Assembly (NCBI GenBank): GCA_023379935.1
Contig: JAMCPD010000020.1
Span: 3,382-67,381 of the forward strand
Direction of reading: 5' to 3'
DNA length: 64,000 nt
DNA from: Actinomycetota bacterium
Lineage (GTDB): Bacteria; Actinomycetota; Acidimicrobiia; Acidimicrobiales; JAMCPD01
The stretch's first letter is position 1, and each line of letters begins with the position of its first letter. Below the pieces are notes generated by a model, which was not told the DNA's origin, ran no database searches, and saw only the letters and a list, made by a program, of their open reading frames with translations. This document shows, in pieces, positions 30,847 to 39,397 of this stretch. Position numbers and translations under genes: made by a program.

Positions 30847-32098
30847 CGGCGAGGTGATTTCAAAGTTGCGTATCGCCATGGTATGTCCTTATAGCTTAGA
30901 TGTTGCAGGCGGTGTGCAGTCTCAGGTTCTTGGGCTGTCTCGCCTATTGCAGGACAAAGGTCACTTTGTCGCACTGCTAGCTCCGGGTGCCAAGAGCGAT
31001 CAAGATCAGGAACCAAGAGGTGTTTATGCGCCAATCTTAGATGAGCTGGGTAAGAACGGAAGAGTTGAGTTTTTTGGACGGACTGTAAAAGTTCCGGCTA
31101 ACGGTTCTGTTGCTCCTGTAAGTTTGAGTCTGAAAGCTTCCAAGAAGTTGCTTACCATACTCCACGACGGCAACTTTGATGTAGTGCACTTTCATGAACC
31201 GTTAGTACCCGGTCCGACCCTGATAGCTTTTTGGCGTTCCGGGTTGCCCACGATAGCAACCTTTCATCGTTGTGGAGTAAGCTTGGCATATCGCTTCCTT
31301 GGTATTTTTGCCCGTTTTATGTTGCATGATTCCAACATATATGTTGCGGTTTCACAACATGCCAGTGACACGGCTCATACGATCGTCGGAGTAGATTGTA
31401 GAATTGCTTTCAATGCTGTTGATGTGGATCAGTTTAATGGGGAATCTCATGTCAAACTTCCTCTTCTCCTACAAACCCCTTTGAATGGCGACAAATCCGA
31501 CAATCAGCCCGGCAAGACTCGTCGAAACAGCATACTGTTTTTGGGCCGTCATGAACAACGCAAGGGGCTGGAGTATCTGTTGGAAGCATTTGATATTTTG
31601 ACGGATACCTATAGCTGGAGTGTTGAAACCGAAGTCTATAAAGAACCCGAGCTGTGGATAGCCGGCGAGGGACCGCAAACCTTGAAGTTGCAACAACGCT
31701 ATCAACACAACCGGGCAATCAAATGGCTTGGAGTAATAGACGAACGTGAAAAAGTGGAGTGCCTCTTACGAGCTAAAGTGGTATGCGTTCCTTCCCTGCA
31801 CGGTGAATCTTTCGGGCTTGTTTTGTTGGAGGCATTAGCTGCAGGTGCGCTAGTGGTTGCCAGCGATATTCCTGCATACCGGGAGGTTTTAGGCGGTTAC
31901 GGGGTTTATGTTCCCCCGAAAGATACCCACAAGCTTGTTGGTGCATTGAGAGAAGCTCTAAAAACCGAGAAGGCAGCTGGACTTGAGGAAACAACCGAAA
32001 GTAAGCTTCAGCCGGCTAAAGCGTATGTTGAGAAGTTTTCCTTTAATGCTTTGAGCAACTACTATGCGGACCTTTATGAACGACTGTTGGGTTTGTAA
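30830..32098 (+). CDS. pimA: GT4 phosphatidyl-myo-inositol alpha-mannosyltransferase
   Basis: CPYSL...GGVQ, NGSVAP, H.HEP..P, ATFH, FLGRHE.RKG, GESFG.VLLEA. Confidence 0.85.
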   Translation: MALNDDGEVISKLRIAMVCPYSLDVAGGVQSQVLGLSRLLQDKGHFVALLAPGAKSDQDQEPRGVYAPILDELGKNGRVEFFGRTVKVPANGSVAPVSLSLKASKKLLTILHDGNFDVVHFHEPLVPGPTLIAFWRSGLPTIATFHRCGVSLAYRFLGIFARFMLHDSNIYVAVSQHASDTAHTIVGVDCRIAFNAVDVDQFNGESHVKLPLLLQTPLNGDKSDNQPGKTRRNSILFLGRHEQRKGLEYLLEAFDILTDTYSWSVETEVYKEPELWIAGEGPQTLKLQQRYQHNRAIKWLGVIDEREKVECLLRAKVVCVPSLHGESFGLVLLEALAAGALVVASDIPAYREVLGGYGVYVPPKDTHKLVGALREALKTEKAAGLEETTESKLQPAKAYVEKFSFNALSNYYADLYERLLGL

Positions 32099-32225
32099 GG
32101 ATTTGAGCAGCGATTTGGCTGGGATTGGCGCGAATTGGATAAGTGTGACGGACAGTCAGCGTATTAGTGAATTTGTTGGGCGGGTTTTGTCAAACTGTTT
32201 TATAATAGAGGTTAAGGAGTGAAAT

Positions 32226-33065
32226 ATGCATAAAGCTGTCAAGGCAACACCCAAAAAACTCAAGCAAACCTCCCGCACTACATATCTGTGGGAGCAAGGT
32301 CTCCCGCGATTAGTTAAGTCCAACAAACGCGCGGCATTAACTCCCGCCGTTCTACTGGCGGTGGTTACCGGTTGTGTGGTGGGTGCGGTTTTGCTGGCTA
32401 TTTTTGGCAACATCCCTATCGCTGTCTTGGTTGGATTTTTTATAGCCCTCTGCTTAGCTGGCATTATTGTTTTTTACAGTACCCCACTTCTTTTCAATGC
32501 TGTGGATCGAGCCCTACGCTTGGAGCCCGGGTCAGAACATGAACAACCCGGGTTATACAACTTTTTGAACTACTTATGCCCATCATTGGGGCTTCCAGTT
32601 CCCACTGCTTATATAGCGAAAACGTCAAAGATGAATATATGTGCCATAGGCCGTACTCCCGCTACGGGTGTGTTAATTGTAACTACCGGACTACTTGAAC
32701 AACTGAGTATGATAGAGCTTGAAGCCGTGTTGTCTCATGAGTTGATGCATATAAAGAGAAACGATATATTTCCTGCAACGGTACTGGCTTTTTTGAAAAC
32801 CTTTTTACACTTGACGATGTTGAGGGTATTTCCCAGTTCGGATCGGGAGATCATGGTAGACATTTCAGCCGTATCCCTTACGCGTTATCCACCTGCATTA
32901 CGTATGGCACTTGATAATCTGCAAAAAGGTGACGGACATACCTTGTTGGCTGACTGCCCTCGTCTATATGGCCCAATGAGCTCACTTTGGATTATTCCTC
33001 AGTTGCCAAAGGAGCAGATGGTGCACGATTTGAATCTTAGAATGCAGGTATTGGATGAAATTTAG
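32226..33065 (+). CDS. M48/HtpX-like membrane zinc metalloprotease
   Basis: Two N-terminal TM helices, N..A.GR, TTGLL..L...ELEAVLSHELMH, downstream RE..D. Confidence 0.75.
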   Translation: MHKAVKATPKKLKQTSRTTYLWEQGLPRLVKSNKRAALTPAVLLAVVTGCVVGAVLLAIFGNIPIAVLVGFFIALCLAGIIVFYSTPLLFNAVDRALRLEPGSEHEQPGLYNFLNYLCPSLGLPVPTAYIAKTSKMNICAIGRTPATGVLIVTTGLLEQLSMIELEAVLSHELMHIKRNDIFPATVLAFLKTFLHLTMLRVFPSSDREIMVDISAVSLTRYPPALRMALDNLQKGDGHTLLADCPRLYGPMSSLWIIPQLPKEQMVHDLNLRMQVLDEI

Positions 33066-33087
33066 TTAGTATTAAAGTGGTGAAAAG

Positions 33088-33975
33088 ATGAAACAAAACA
33101 GTTTTGATGATAATTTCAGAGTTAAGCGTGGCCTGGCGGAAATGCTAAAAGGTGGGGTAATAATGGATGTAGTTACGGTAGAGCATGCAAAGATAGCTGA
33201 AGATGCCGGTGCCGTATCTGTAATGGCGCTTGAAAGAGTACCTGCTGATATTCGTCGTTCTGGCGGAGTGGCGCGTATGGCGGATCCCGCTTTGATCGAG
33301 TCGATAAAAAACGCGGTAACCATACCCGTAATGGCAAAAGTGAGGATTGGTCATTTTGCGGAAGCTCAAATATTAGAAGCTTTACAGGTTGATTTTATCG
33401 ATGAAAGCGAAGTATTGACCCCTGCGGATGAGGAGTATCATATAGATAAGACCCCATTCAAGACGCCTTTTGTCTGTGGTGCCACCAACTTAGGTGAAGC
33501 ACTCCGGCGCATTTCGGAAGGTGCCGCTCTTATACGCTCAAAAGGTGAAGCCGGAACCGGTGATATAGTCGAAGCCGTAAGACATTTGCGTTCCATTACA
33601 TCGGATATAAAGGCTTTGTCATCTGCAGGGCCACAAGAACTTTTTGGTTTTGCAAAAAGATTACAAGCTCCATTGGAACTGGTGCAAGAGGTCGCAGCAA
33701 CCGGATGGTTGCCGGTTCCGCTGTTTTGTGCAGGGGGTATAGCTACTCCTGCAGATGCAGCTTTGGTCATGCAACTCGGCGCCGAGGCTGTCTTTGTAGG
33801 CTCAGGGATTTTCAAAAGTGAGAATCCCGCCAAAACAGCAAAGGCGATAACAGAAGCTGTAGCTCACTTAGAACAACCTGATATCTTGGTGAAGGTTAGC
33901 AGCGGACTTGGGACGCCAATGGAGGGTAAAACTGTACAGTCTTTAGATGTTCACATGGCGAGTCGTGGTTGGTGA
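33088..33975 (+). CDS. pdxS: Pyridoxal 5'-phosphate synthase lyase subunit
   Basis: [47 protein letters not shown]-terminal RGW. Confidence 0.98.
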   Translation: MKQNSFDDNFRVKRGLAEMLKGGVIMDVVTVEHAKIAEDAGAVSVMALERVPADIRRSGGVARMADPALIESIKNAVTIPVMAKVRIGHFAEAQILEALQVDFIDESEVLTPADEEYHIDKTPFKTPFVCGATNLGEALRRISEGAALIRSKGEAGTGDIVEAVRHLRSITSDIKALSSAGPQELFGFAKRLQAPLELVQEVAATGWLPVPLFCAGGIATPADAALVMQLGAEAVFVGSGIFKSENPAKTAKAITEAVAHLEQPDILVKVSSGLGTPMEGKTVQSLDVHMASRGW

Positions 33976-34583
33976 GTCCAAAAAAGGATGCAACTTATAT
34001 AGGTGTACTTGCACTCCAAGGTAACTTTAGGATGCATGAATATGCAGTTGAACGTCTTGGTGCAACACCTATCGAAGTTAAACTACCAAGTGACTTGGAC
34101 ATAGTTCAAGGTTTAATTATTCCGGGCGGTGAGTCGACGACCATGTCCATCCTGCTCGCAACTTCGGAGCTTATCGAACCAATGTCAAAACTGATTGAAG
34201 ATGGACTGCCGGTTTTCGGCACTTGTGCGGGAATGATTTTATTGGCATCAAACCTATCAGATGGGCGCAGTGATCAGATATCCTTGGGTGCAATAGATAT
34301 TTCCGTACAACGCAATGCATTCGGTCGCCAGCCCAACTCTTTTGAGTGTGATCTTTCTGTTGCGAAAATCGGTTTACATCCTTTTAGGGGAGTGTTTATC
34401 AGAGCTCCCCTTGTCTATTCCGTCGGACGGGATGTAGAAGTGTTGTCTAGGCTTTCTGATGAGCGGGGAGCAAGCCCTGTGTTGTGTAAACAAGATAATA
34501 TATTGGTTGGATCGTTTCATCCGGAATTAACGGGAGATGATAGAATACATAAACTGTTTTTGTCGATGGTATATTCACAGTGA
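33969..34583 (+). CDS. pdxT: Pyridoxal 5'-phosphate synthase glutaminase subunit
   Basis: GVLALQG, PGGEST, GTCAG, RNAFGRQ, FIRAP, FHPEL. Confidence 0.97.
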   Translation: MVSPKKDATYIGVLALQGNFRMHEYAVERLGATPIEVKLPSDLDIVQGLIIPGGESTTMSILLATSELIEPMSKLIEDGLPVFGTCAGMILLASNLSDGRSDQISLGAIDISVQRNAFGRQPNSFECDLSVAKIGLHPFRGVFIRAPLVYSVGRDVEVLSRLSDERGASPVLCKQDNILVGSFHPELTGDDRIHKLFLSMVYSQ

Positions 34584-34645
34584 GTTTATAAGTTAAATCA
34601 CGGTGAGTTCTATAAGTCAATCATGAATTAAAGTAGGTAAAAGAT

Positions 34646-35404
34646 ATGTCAGGTCATTCTAAGTGGGCTACAACCAAGTACCGCAAAGGTGCCCAAGATA
34701 AAGCAAGGGCGAAGCTGTTTGCAAAGTTAATTCGGCAGTTGGAGGTTGCTGCCCGTGAAGGCGGTACGGATATGGAGGTCAATGCTACATTGCGTACGAT
34801 GTACGAGAAAGCCCGCGATGCTTCTGTTCCTTTAGATACTATAGAGCGGGCGATCAAGAGGGGATCGGGTGAGTTAGAAGGCGTCAACTACGAAGTCGTT
34901 ACATACGAAGGGTATGCTGCAGATGGGGTAGCGGTAGTAGTAGAATGCATGACCTCAAACAGGAACAGGACTGCCGCCGATGTACGAAATATATTTTCCA
35001 GAAATGGCGGCTCAATTGCTTCACCCGGTTCGGTGCTGTGGCAGTTTGACCGCAAGGGTATTTTGAGAGTGGACGGTAAAGTACCGGAAGAAGATTTATT
35101 GTCTGTGGCTGTCGATGCGGGAGCTGAAGATATATCCAATCAACAGGATCATTGGCTCATAACCTGTTCAGCGAAGGAGCTTCCAGCATGCAAAGCGGCT
35201 TTGGAGGCAGCAGGCATAAAGGTCATCGCTGCTGAACTTGATATGCTTGCCACCACTGAAGTAAAGGTAGACCAAGAAGTTGAGGCTCGTAAAGTATTGA
35301 GGGTGTTGGATGCATTGGATGATCATGAGGATGTGCAAAATGTCTACTCCAATTTCGACATTCCTGATGAGATCTTAGAAAAGATTACATCTGAAGACAG
35401 CTAA
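34646..35404 (+). CDS. yebC: YebC/PmpR family protein
   Basis: MSGHSKW, YEGY, NRNRT, DDHEDVQNVYSN. Confidence 0.96.
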   Translation: MSGHSKWATTKYRKGAQDKARAKLFAKLIRQLEVAAREGGTDMEVNATLRTMYEKARDASVPLDTIERAIKRGSGELEGVNYEVVTYEGYAADGVAVVVECMTSNRNRTAADVRNIFSRNGGSIASPGSVLWQFDRKGILRVDGKVPEEDLLSVAVDAGAEDISNQQDHWLITCSAKELPACKAALEAAGIKVIAAELDMLATTEVKVDQEVEARKVLRVLDALDDHEDVQNVYSNFDIPDEILEKITSEDS

Positions 35405-35416
35405 AGACAGAACAGG

Positions 35417-36976
35417 CTAGCCATTGGATCTCACTGCCGCACCAACCATTTTCACCACCGACCAAGTTCCCGGTATCCGTTGTTCATTTTCTGCCAAAAC
35501 TCTGTACCAGAGTGATGTTGCGGGAGCGTTTCGATCTGTCCAAGGCGTACTGTCATCAGTGGCGCAACGGTTGCACACTGTAGACCAGGGGCCGCTTGGT
35601 CCCGCAGTTGAACGTTCAATGCTATATGTAGCTGCATCCGTTGTTCCGCGCCAAGCGATCTCTACAGAAGAACTACGGTGTTTGTCTGTTTTGGCTATCC
35701 GCCGGGCAAGTGTTATGAGCGGCTCGCCCGGAGGAGGCTCAAGCGGTTCATAACCACCCCCGATTCCTCGTGTTTTTTGAATAGCATAGTCGAATTTACG
35801 GATAAGGTGATCTCGCTTGCGCATTAGGGGGGATATACCCGGATAATGGAGTGTTTCTCCGTCGTTATGCTGTTCGTAGCCGTAAGTGTCAAGGTGGGCA
35901 AATAAGGACCAAAATGCCCAACCCGCAATCTTATGATCTTTTTCTATCGTTCTGAACAGTTGCGCATTAGCGAATATTGATCCGTACTCTCCGGCAATGA
36001 AAACCTTGCCTGCGTTCGTTACTTGGTTGGCATCCGCTATTACGTTTGGGATAATTGGTGGGTAAAAGTGTGCGTCAACGATATCGATAAGAGGAGCGGT
36101 TAGCGTTGCAGGATTAATGCCGAACTGTTCTCCGGCAGCTATCAGTTGATCTGGTGCCAGGTGGTGTATGAATGCAGCGATTGTGTCAATCCATGATGGA
36201 GTCATACCGTTCAGCTCATTGCCAAGTTCCCACGCCATGATTGTCGGATCGTTTCGGAGCTCAAGTCCGGTATAAGGGTTTTTATGATCAAGTAATACGG
36301 TTATATACTGTTCAAAGGCCGAGATTGCCTGTTGATCGGTGTAAAAGGCTTGAGAGGGAATCTTGAGCCAGTGTGTGAAGTCATGATAACTCCCTTCGTA
36401 ATAATGCCAGTTGTCTGTCAGTGGAATTATCAATCGAATTCCAAGATGACAGGCTTGGTCAACAGCGTAGTCAACTGTTCGAAATGCTTGGCTGTTGAAG
36501 TGTCCGAGAGATGGTTCAAGGCTGTCCGGATTGCCGGTAGAAATACCCAAGGTATGCGATCTAACTACGGTTACACCCATGTCCAAAGCGGTTTTTAAAG
36601 CATCGCGAATTCTAAAATCTGTAGGATATGCTATTCCCCCTACATTTTCATCCAGCCCAAGCCAGTAGATGTTAGCTCCCCCGAAACGAAATGGATGGTC
36701 ATTGAGCACCAATGTCGAACCTTTGCGTGTTATGTAAGCATTTGTTGGCGGTATCTGGCCGGTGGATGGCGTTGGAGAGCAATCAATAGGAGGGTTTGGT
36801 GCGGGGAAATGTCTTGGCACCAGAGCCATGTTGGAGTGTGGTGCACAGCTTGTGCTAAGAAGTATAATGGCAAACAGTACACACCACAGTAGAAGTCTTA
36901 GATGTCTTGGGCGCATAGATGTAAAATGTTCACAGTCAGCCTTAGCATGATTGGCGCTACAGGCATATGTCTTCAT
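35417..36976 (-). CDS. Secreted/lipoprotein GH5 glycoside hydrolase (beta-mannanase-like) with an FN3-like C-terminal domain
   Basis: F.GAN.YWLG, acid/base AWELGNE, H.Y, nucleophile AGEYG, FWSL; possible lipobox LSTSC; C-terminal WRG...Y.IERS...YRV.A.N. Confidence 0.8.
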   Translation of the reverse strand: MKTYACSANHAKADCEHFTSMRPRHLRLLLWCVLFAIILLSTSCAPHSNMALVPRHFPAPNPPIDCSPTPSTGQIPPTNAYITRKGSTLVLNDHPFRFGGANIYWLGLDENVGGIAYPTDFRIRDALKTALDMGVTVVRSHTLGISTGNPDSLEPSLGHFNSQAFRTVDYAVDQACHLGIRLIIPLTDNWHYYEGSYHDFTHWLKIPSQAFYTDQQAISAFEQYITVLLDHKNPYTGLELRNDPTIMAWELGNELNGMTPSWIDTIAAFIHHLAPDQLIAAGEQFGINPATLTAPLIDIVDAHFYPPIIPNVIADANQVTNAGKVFIAGEYGSIFANAQLFRTIEKDHKIAGWAFWSLFAHLDTYGYEQHNDGETLHYPGISPLMRKRDHLIRKFDYAIQKTRGIGGGYEPLEPPPGEPLITLARRIAKTDKHRSSSVEIAWRGTTDAATYSIERSTAGPSGPWSTVCNRCATDDSTPWTDRNAPATSLWYRVLAENEQRIPGTWSVVKMVGAAVRSNG

Positions 36977-37110
36977 AGGCAGCTATTATAGCCGTCTTGG
37001 GAGTGGTTGGGTTGACCAAGGCGGGAAGGCAAGGGAAAAACCTGTTTTTGTGAGTTATTGATAAAATTTTAAAAGGATATCCACCGGTTAATTGATTTAA
37101 TGCACTAAAC

Positions 37111-37126
37111 TCAAACATATGTTTGT
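37111..37126. promoter_or_regulatory. LexA/SOS-box-like palindrome overlapping the ruvC start codon
   Basis: TCAAAC-ATAT-GTTTGT, with a perfect 14-bp palindrome CAAACATATGTTTG. Resembles the actinobacterial TCGAAC-N4-GTTCGA. A -10 TAAACT lies immediately upstream. Confidence 0.5.
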
Positions 37127-37655
37127 ATTAGGTATAGACCCCGGACTATCACGATGTGGTTATGGGTGTGTTGATGACGGTTGGGTGTTGGCGGATGCAG
37201 GCGTAATCTCTACCCACCACAGGTTAGAGTTGCCAAAGCGACTTGAATACTTATTTGAGGAGTTGAAACGGCTTATGTTACGGTTGCAACCGCAAGTCGT
37301 GGCAGTGGAAAGAGTGTTTTTTCAAGTAAATGCCCGCACCGCCATGCCAACAGCCCAAGCAGGAGGGTTGGCTTTGTTGGCCGCTCAACAGGCAGGCTGT
37401 AAAGTAGTTCAATATACCTCCAATGAAGTGAAAATGGCTGTTGTAGGTTATGGTGGTGCCACCAAGGCTCAAGTTCAGAATATGGTAATGATGTTGTTGA
37501 GTTTGGATGAGATACCACAACCGGCTGATGTTGCGGATGCTCTTGGTTTGGCAATCTGCCACTTAAGTTCGCTACCGCTGCAAAGGGCGTTGTCGAAGTC
37601 AACTACCCCGCCCTCACGGACGGGGCTTGCGGAAGGTTCCGGAAGCCCAGGTTGA
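37119..37655 (+). CDS. ruvC: Holliday junction resolvase RuvC (last 18 aa encoded by the inserted element)
   Basis: GIDPG, VERVFF, Y...VK.AV.GYG.A.K.QV, D.ADA..AICH. Confidence 0.96.
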   Translation: MFVLGIDPGLSRCGYGCVDDGWVLADAGVISTHHRLELPKRLEYLFEELKRLMLRLQPQVVAVERVFFQVNARTAMPTAQAGGLALLAAQQAGCKVVQYTSNEVKMAVVGYGGATKAQVQNMVMMLLSLDEIPQPADVADALGLAICHLSSLPLQRALSKSTTPPSRTGLAEGSGSPG

Positions 37656-37940
37656 CCAGACCGAGATATTAAAGAAAGAAGGTGAGACAGATATCTACGT
37701 TACATGCAAGTAAGAAGACCTATCCTGGGATGCTTCCTCAGTCCCAGGCTCTAGAATCCGCGTCAGTAGACAACCGTAAGGGCAAGGACGAAACGGGGCG
37801 TGGAGGTTGTGGATACACAACAACTGGCATGCAACATGGTCGAGGGGATCGTTCTTTGGAGTTCACCTCTCTAAAGAACAGTCACCCCGTGACTTCGGAG
37901 AAATCCGGGGGAGCAGGAGCAAGGAGCGTTGTTGCTCCAT
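37578..37940 (+). ncRNA. omega-RNA (HEARO-like scaffold) with a 5' guide taken from the flanking ruvC sequence
   Basis: GTCAAC...GTTGACCAG stem, CTACGTT, CCTGGGATGCTTCCTCAGTCCCAGGCTCT hairpin, CAACATGGTCGAGGGGA, terminal hairpin 37916-37938; directly upstream of the PLMP-like domain. Boundaries approximate. Confidence 0.8.
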
Positions 37941-39397
37941 TTAGTACCCAATCACGGGTGTTTGTGGTTGACAGCCACGGCAACCCTCTCGTTCCCTGTC
38001 ATCCAGCCAGGGCACGGAAATTGCTAAAGTCCAGGCGAGCCAGAGTCCACCATTTGGCTCCGTTTGTCATTAAATTGGTGGATAGGGAAGTAGAGCAGTG
38101 TGAGGTTCCGGGAGTTGTCGTGAAGATTGACCCTGGCTCCAAATACACCGGTATTGTTTGCGCTCGCGTGGATGAGGCCGGTATAACTCATGGGCTGGTG
38201 TCGATCCAGCTTGATCATCGCGGGCAGTTGATTCACAAAAAGATGGGACAGCGGTCCAGCTATCGCCGACGCAGACGGTCAACCAATTTACGTTATCGTG
38301 CACCACGATGGAGAAATCGCCACCCACAGGCTTGTCGGACATGTGGAAAAAATGCAAAACATGGAAGTCGATATTGTGGAACGTGTCTTGAGAGTCGTAA
38401 TTTCATAGATAATGGATATCGCCAATACCGACTTCCACCAAGCCTTTTCCATCGAGTTGCGACCTCCATATCATGGATAAATCGTTTGTCCAGGTGGGCT
38501 CCGGTTACAAGATTGGCGATGGAGCTGGTGAGCTTTGATACCCAGGTGATGCAGAACCCTGAGATATCCGGTGTTCAGTATCAACAAGGTACCCTGGCGG
38601 GCTACGAGGTACGGGAGTATCTTCTTTGTAAGTGGGGGAGGAGGTGTGCATACTGTGGAGATGCCAACACACCTCTACAAATTGAGCACATTCTGGCTCG
38701 CTCCAAAGGTGGAACGAATCGAATCTCAAATCTTACCCTTGCCTGTAGGAAATGTAACGAATCCAAAGGCTCTCTAGCTGTAGATGCTTGGTGCAAGCGA
38801 TATTTCGGAGAACAAAAGGGAAGGAAAATTGTTGCCAGAGTCACCGGCCAGGCCAAAGCTCCCTTGACGGATGCAGCGGCGGTCAATTCCACCCGTTGGG
38901 CATTGTGGCGGGAGCTTGTTAAGACAGGGCTACCAGTTGAGACCGGTACGGGTGGGCGAACTAAATGGAATCGTAGTCGGCAGAACATCCCTAAGTCTCA
39001 TACATTGGATGCTCTGTGTGTAGGTGTGACCGATATCGTCGGTGCAGTGCCAAGCAGTGCACTAACTGTCACCTGCACAGGACGAGGCCAACACCAGAGG
39101 ACAAGACCCAATAGATATGGTTTTGTCCGTCTAAGACTACCTCGACAAAAGACCCATCACGGCTTACGTACAGGTGATTATGTGCGGGCAGTGATGCCAA
39201 AAGGCAAATACAAAGGAGTTCATGTTGGACGTATAAGTGTGCGATCATCTGGAAGCGTTCGAGTAGGAAAGACAGACGGCATTTCTGCGAAGAATTGCAC
39301 GGTTTTGCAACGAGCAGATGGTTATGGATATGAGAGAAAGGAGGAAACGCCTCTCCTCCCCGCCCTTACGGACGAGGTATCCGAGGCGTGAAAATTG
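37598..39397 (+). mobile_element. Non-autonomous IS200/IS605-family OMEGA element (omega-RNA + iscB, no tnpA)
   Basis: Begins GTCAACTACCCCGCCC. Matching subterminal hairpins CCCCGCCCTCACGGACGGGG (37606-37625) and CCCCGCCCTTACGGACGAGG (39358-39377). No target-site duplication. Excision restores the ruvC stop/ruvA start. Confidence 0.92.
37682..39391 (+). CDS. iscB: RNA-guided endonuclease IscB
   Basis: PLMP-like VFVVD..GNPLVPCHPARAR.LL, RuvC-I IDPGSK, Arg-rich bridge helix, RuvC-II ELVSFD, HNH CAYC..IEHI..RSKGG.N..SNL.LAC..CN..K, RuvC-III SH.LDA, C-terminal LQRADGY.Y. The true start may be GTG 37958. Confidence 0.95.
   Translation: MRQISTLHASKKTYPGMLPQSQALESASVDNRKGKDETGRGGCGYTTTGMQHGRGDRSLEFTSLKNSHPVTSEKSGGAGARSVVAPFSTQSRVFVVDSHGNPLVPCHPARARKLLKSRRARVHHLAPFVIKLVDREVEQCEVPGVVVKIDPGSKYTGIVCARVDEAGITHGLVSIQLDHRGQLIHKKMGQRSSYRRRRRSTNLRYRAPRWRNRHPQACRTCGKNAKHGSRYCGTCLESRNFIDNGYRQYRLPPSLFHRVATSISWINRLSRWAPVTRLAMELVSFDTQVMQNPEISGVQYQQGTLAGYEVREYLLCKWGRRCAYCGDANTPLQIEHILARSKGGTNRISNLTLACRKCNESKGSLAVDAWCKRYFGEQKGRKIVARVTGQAKAPLTDAAAVNSTRWALWRELVKTGLPVETGTGGRTKWNRSRQNIPKSHTLDALCVGVTDIVGAVPSSALTVTCTGRGQHQRTRPNRYGFVRLRLPRQKTHHGLRTGDYVRAVMPKGKYKGVHVGRISVRSSGSVRVGKTDGISAKNCTVLQRADGYGYERKEETPLLPALTDEVSEA

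Noticed and set aside
37682-39391. Calling the RuvC+HNH protein Cas9, TnpB or a plain HNH endonuclease
   Set aside because: The PLMP-like N-terminus, small size, upstream omega-RNA and IS200/IS605 end hairpins identify IscB. TnpB lacks HNH.
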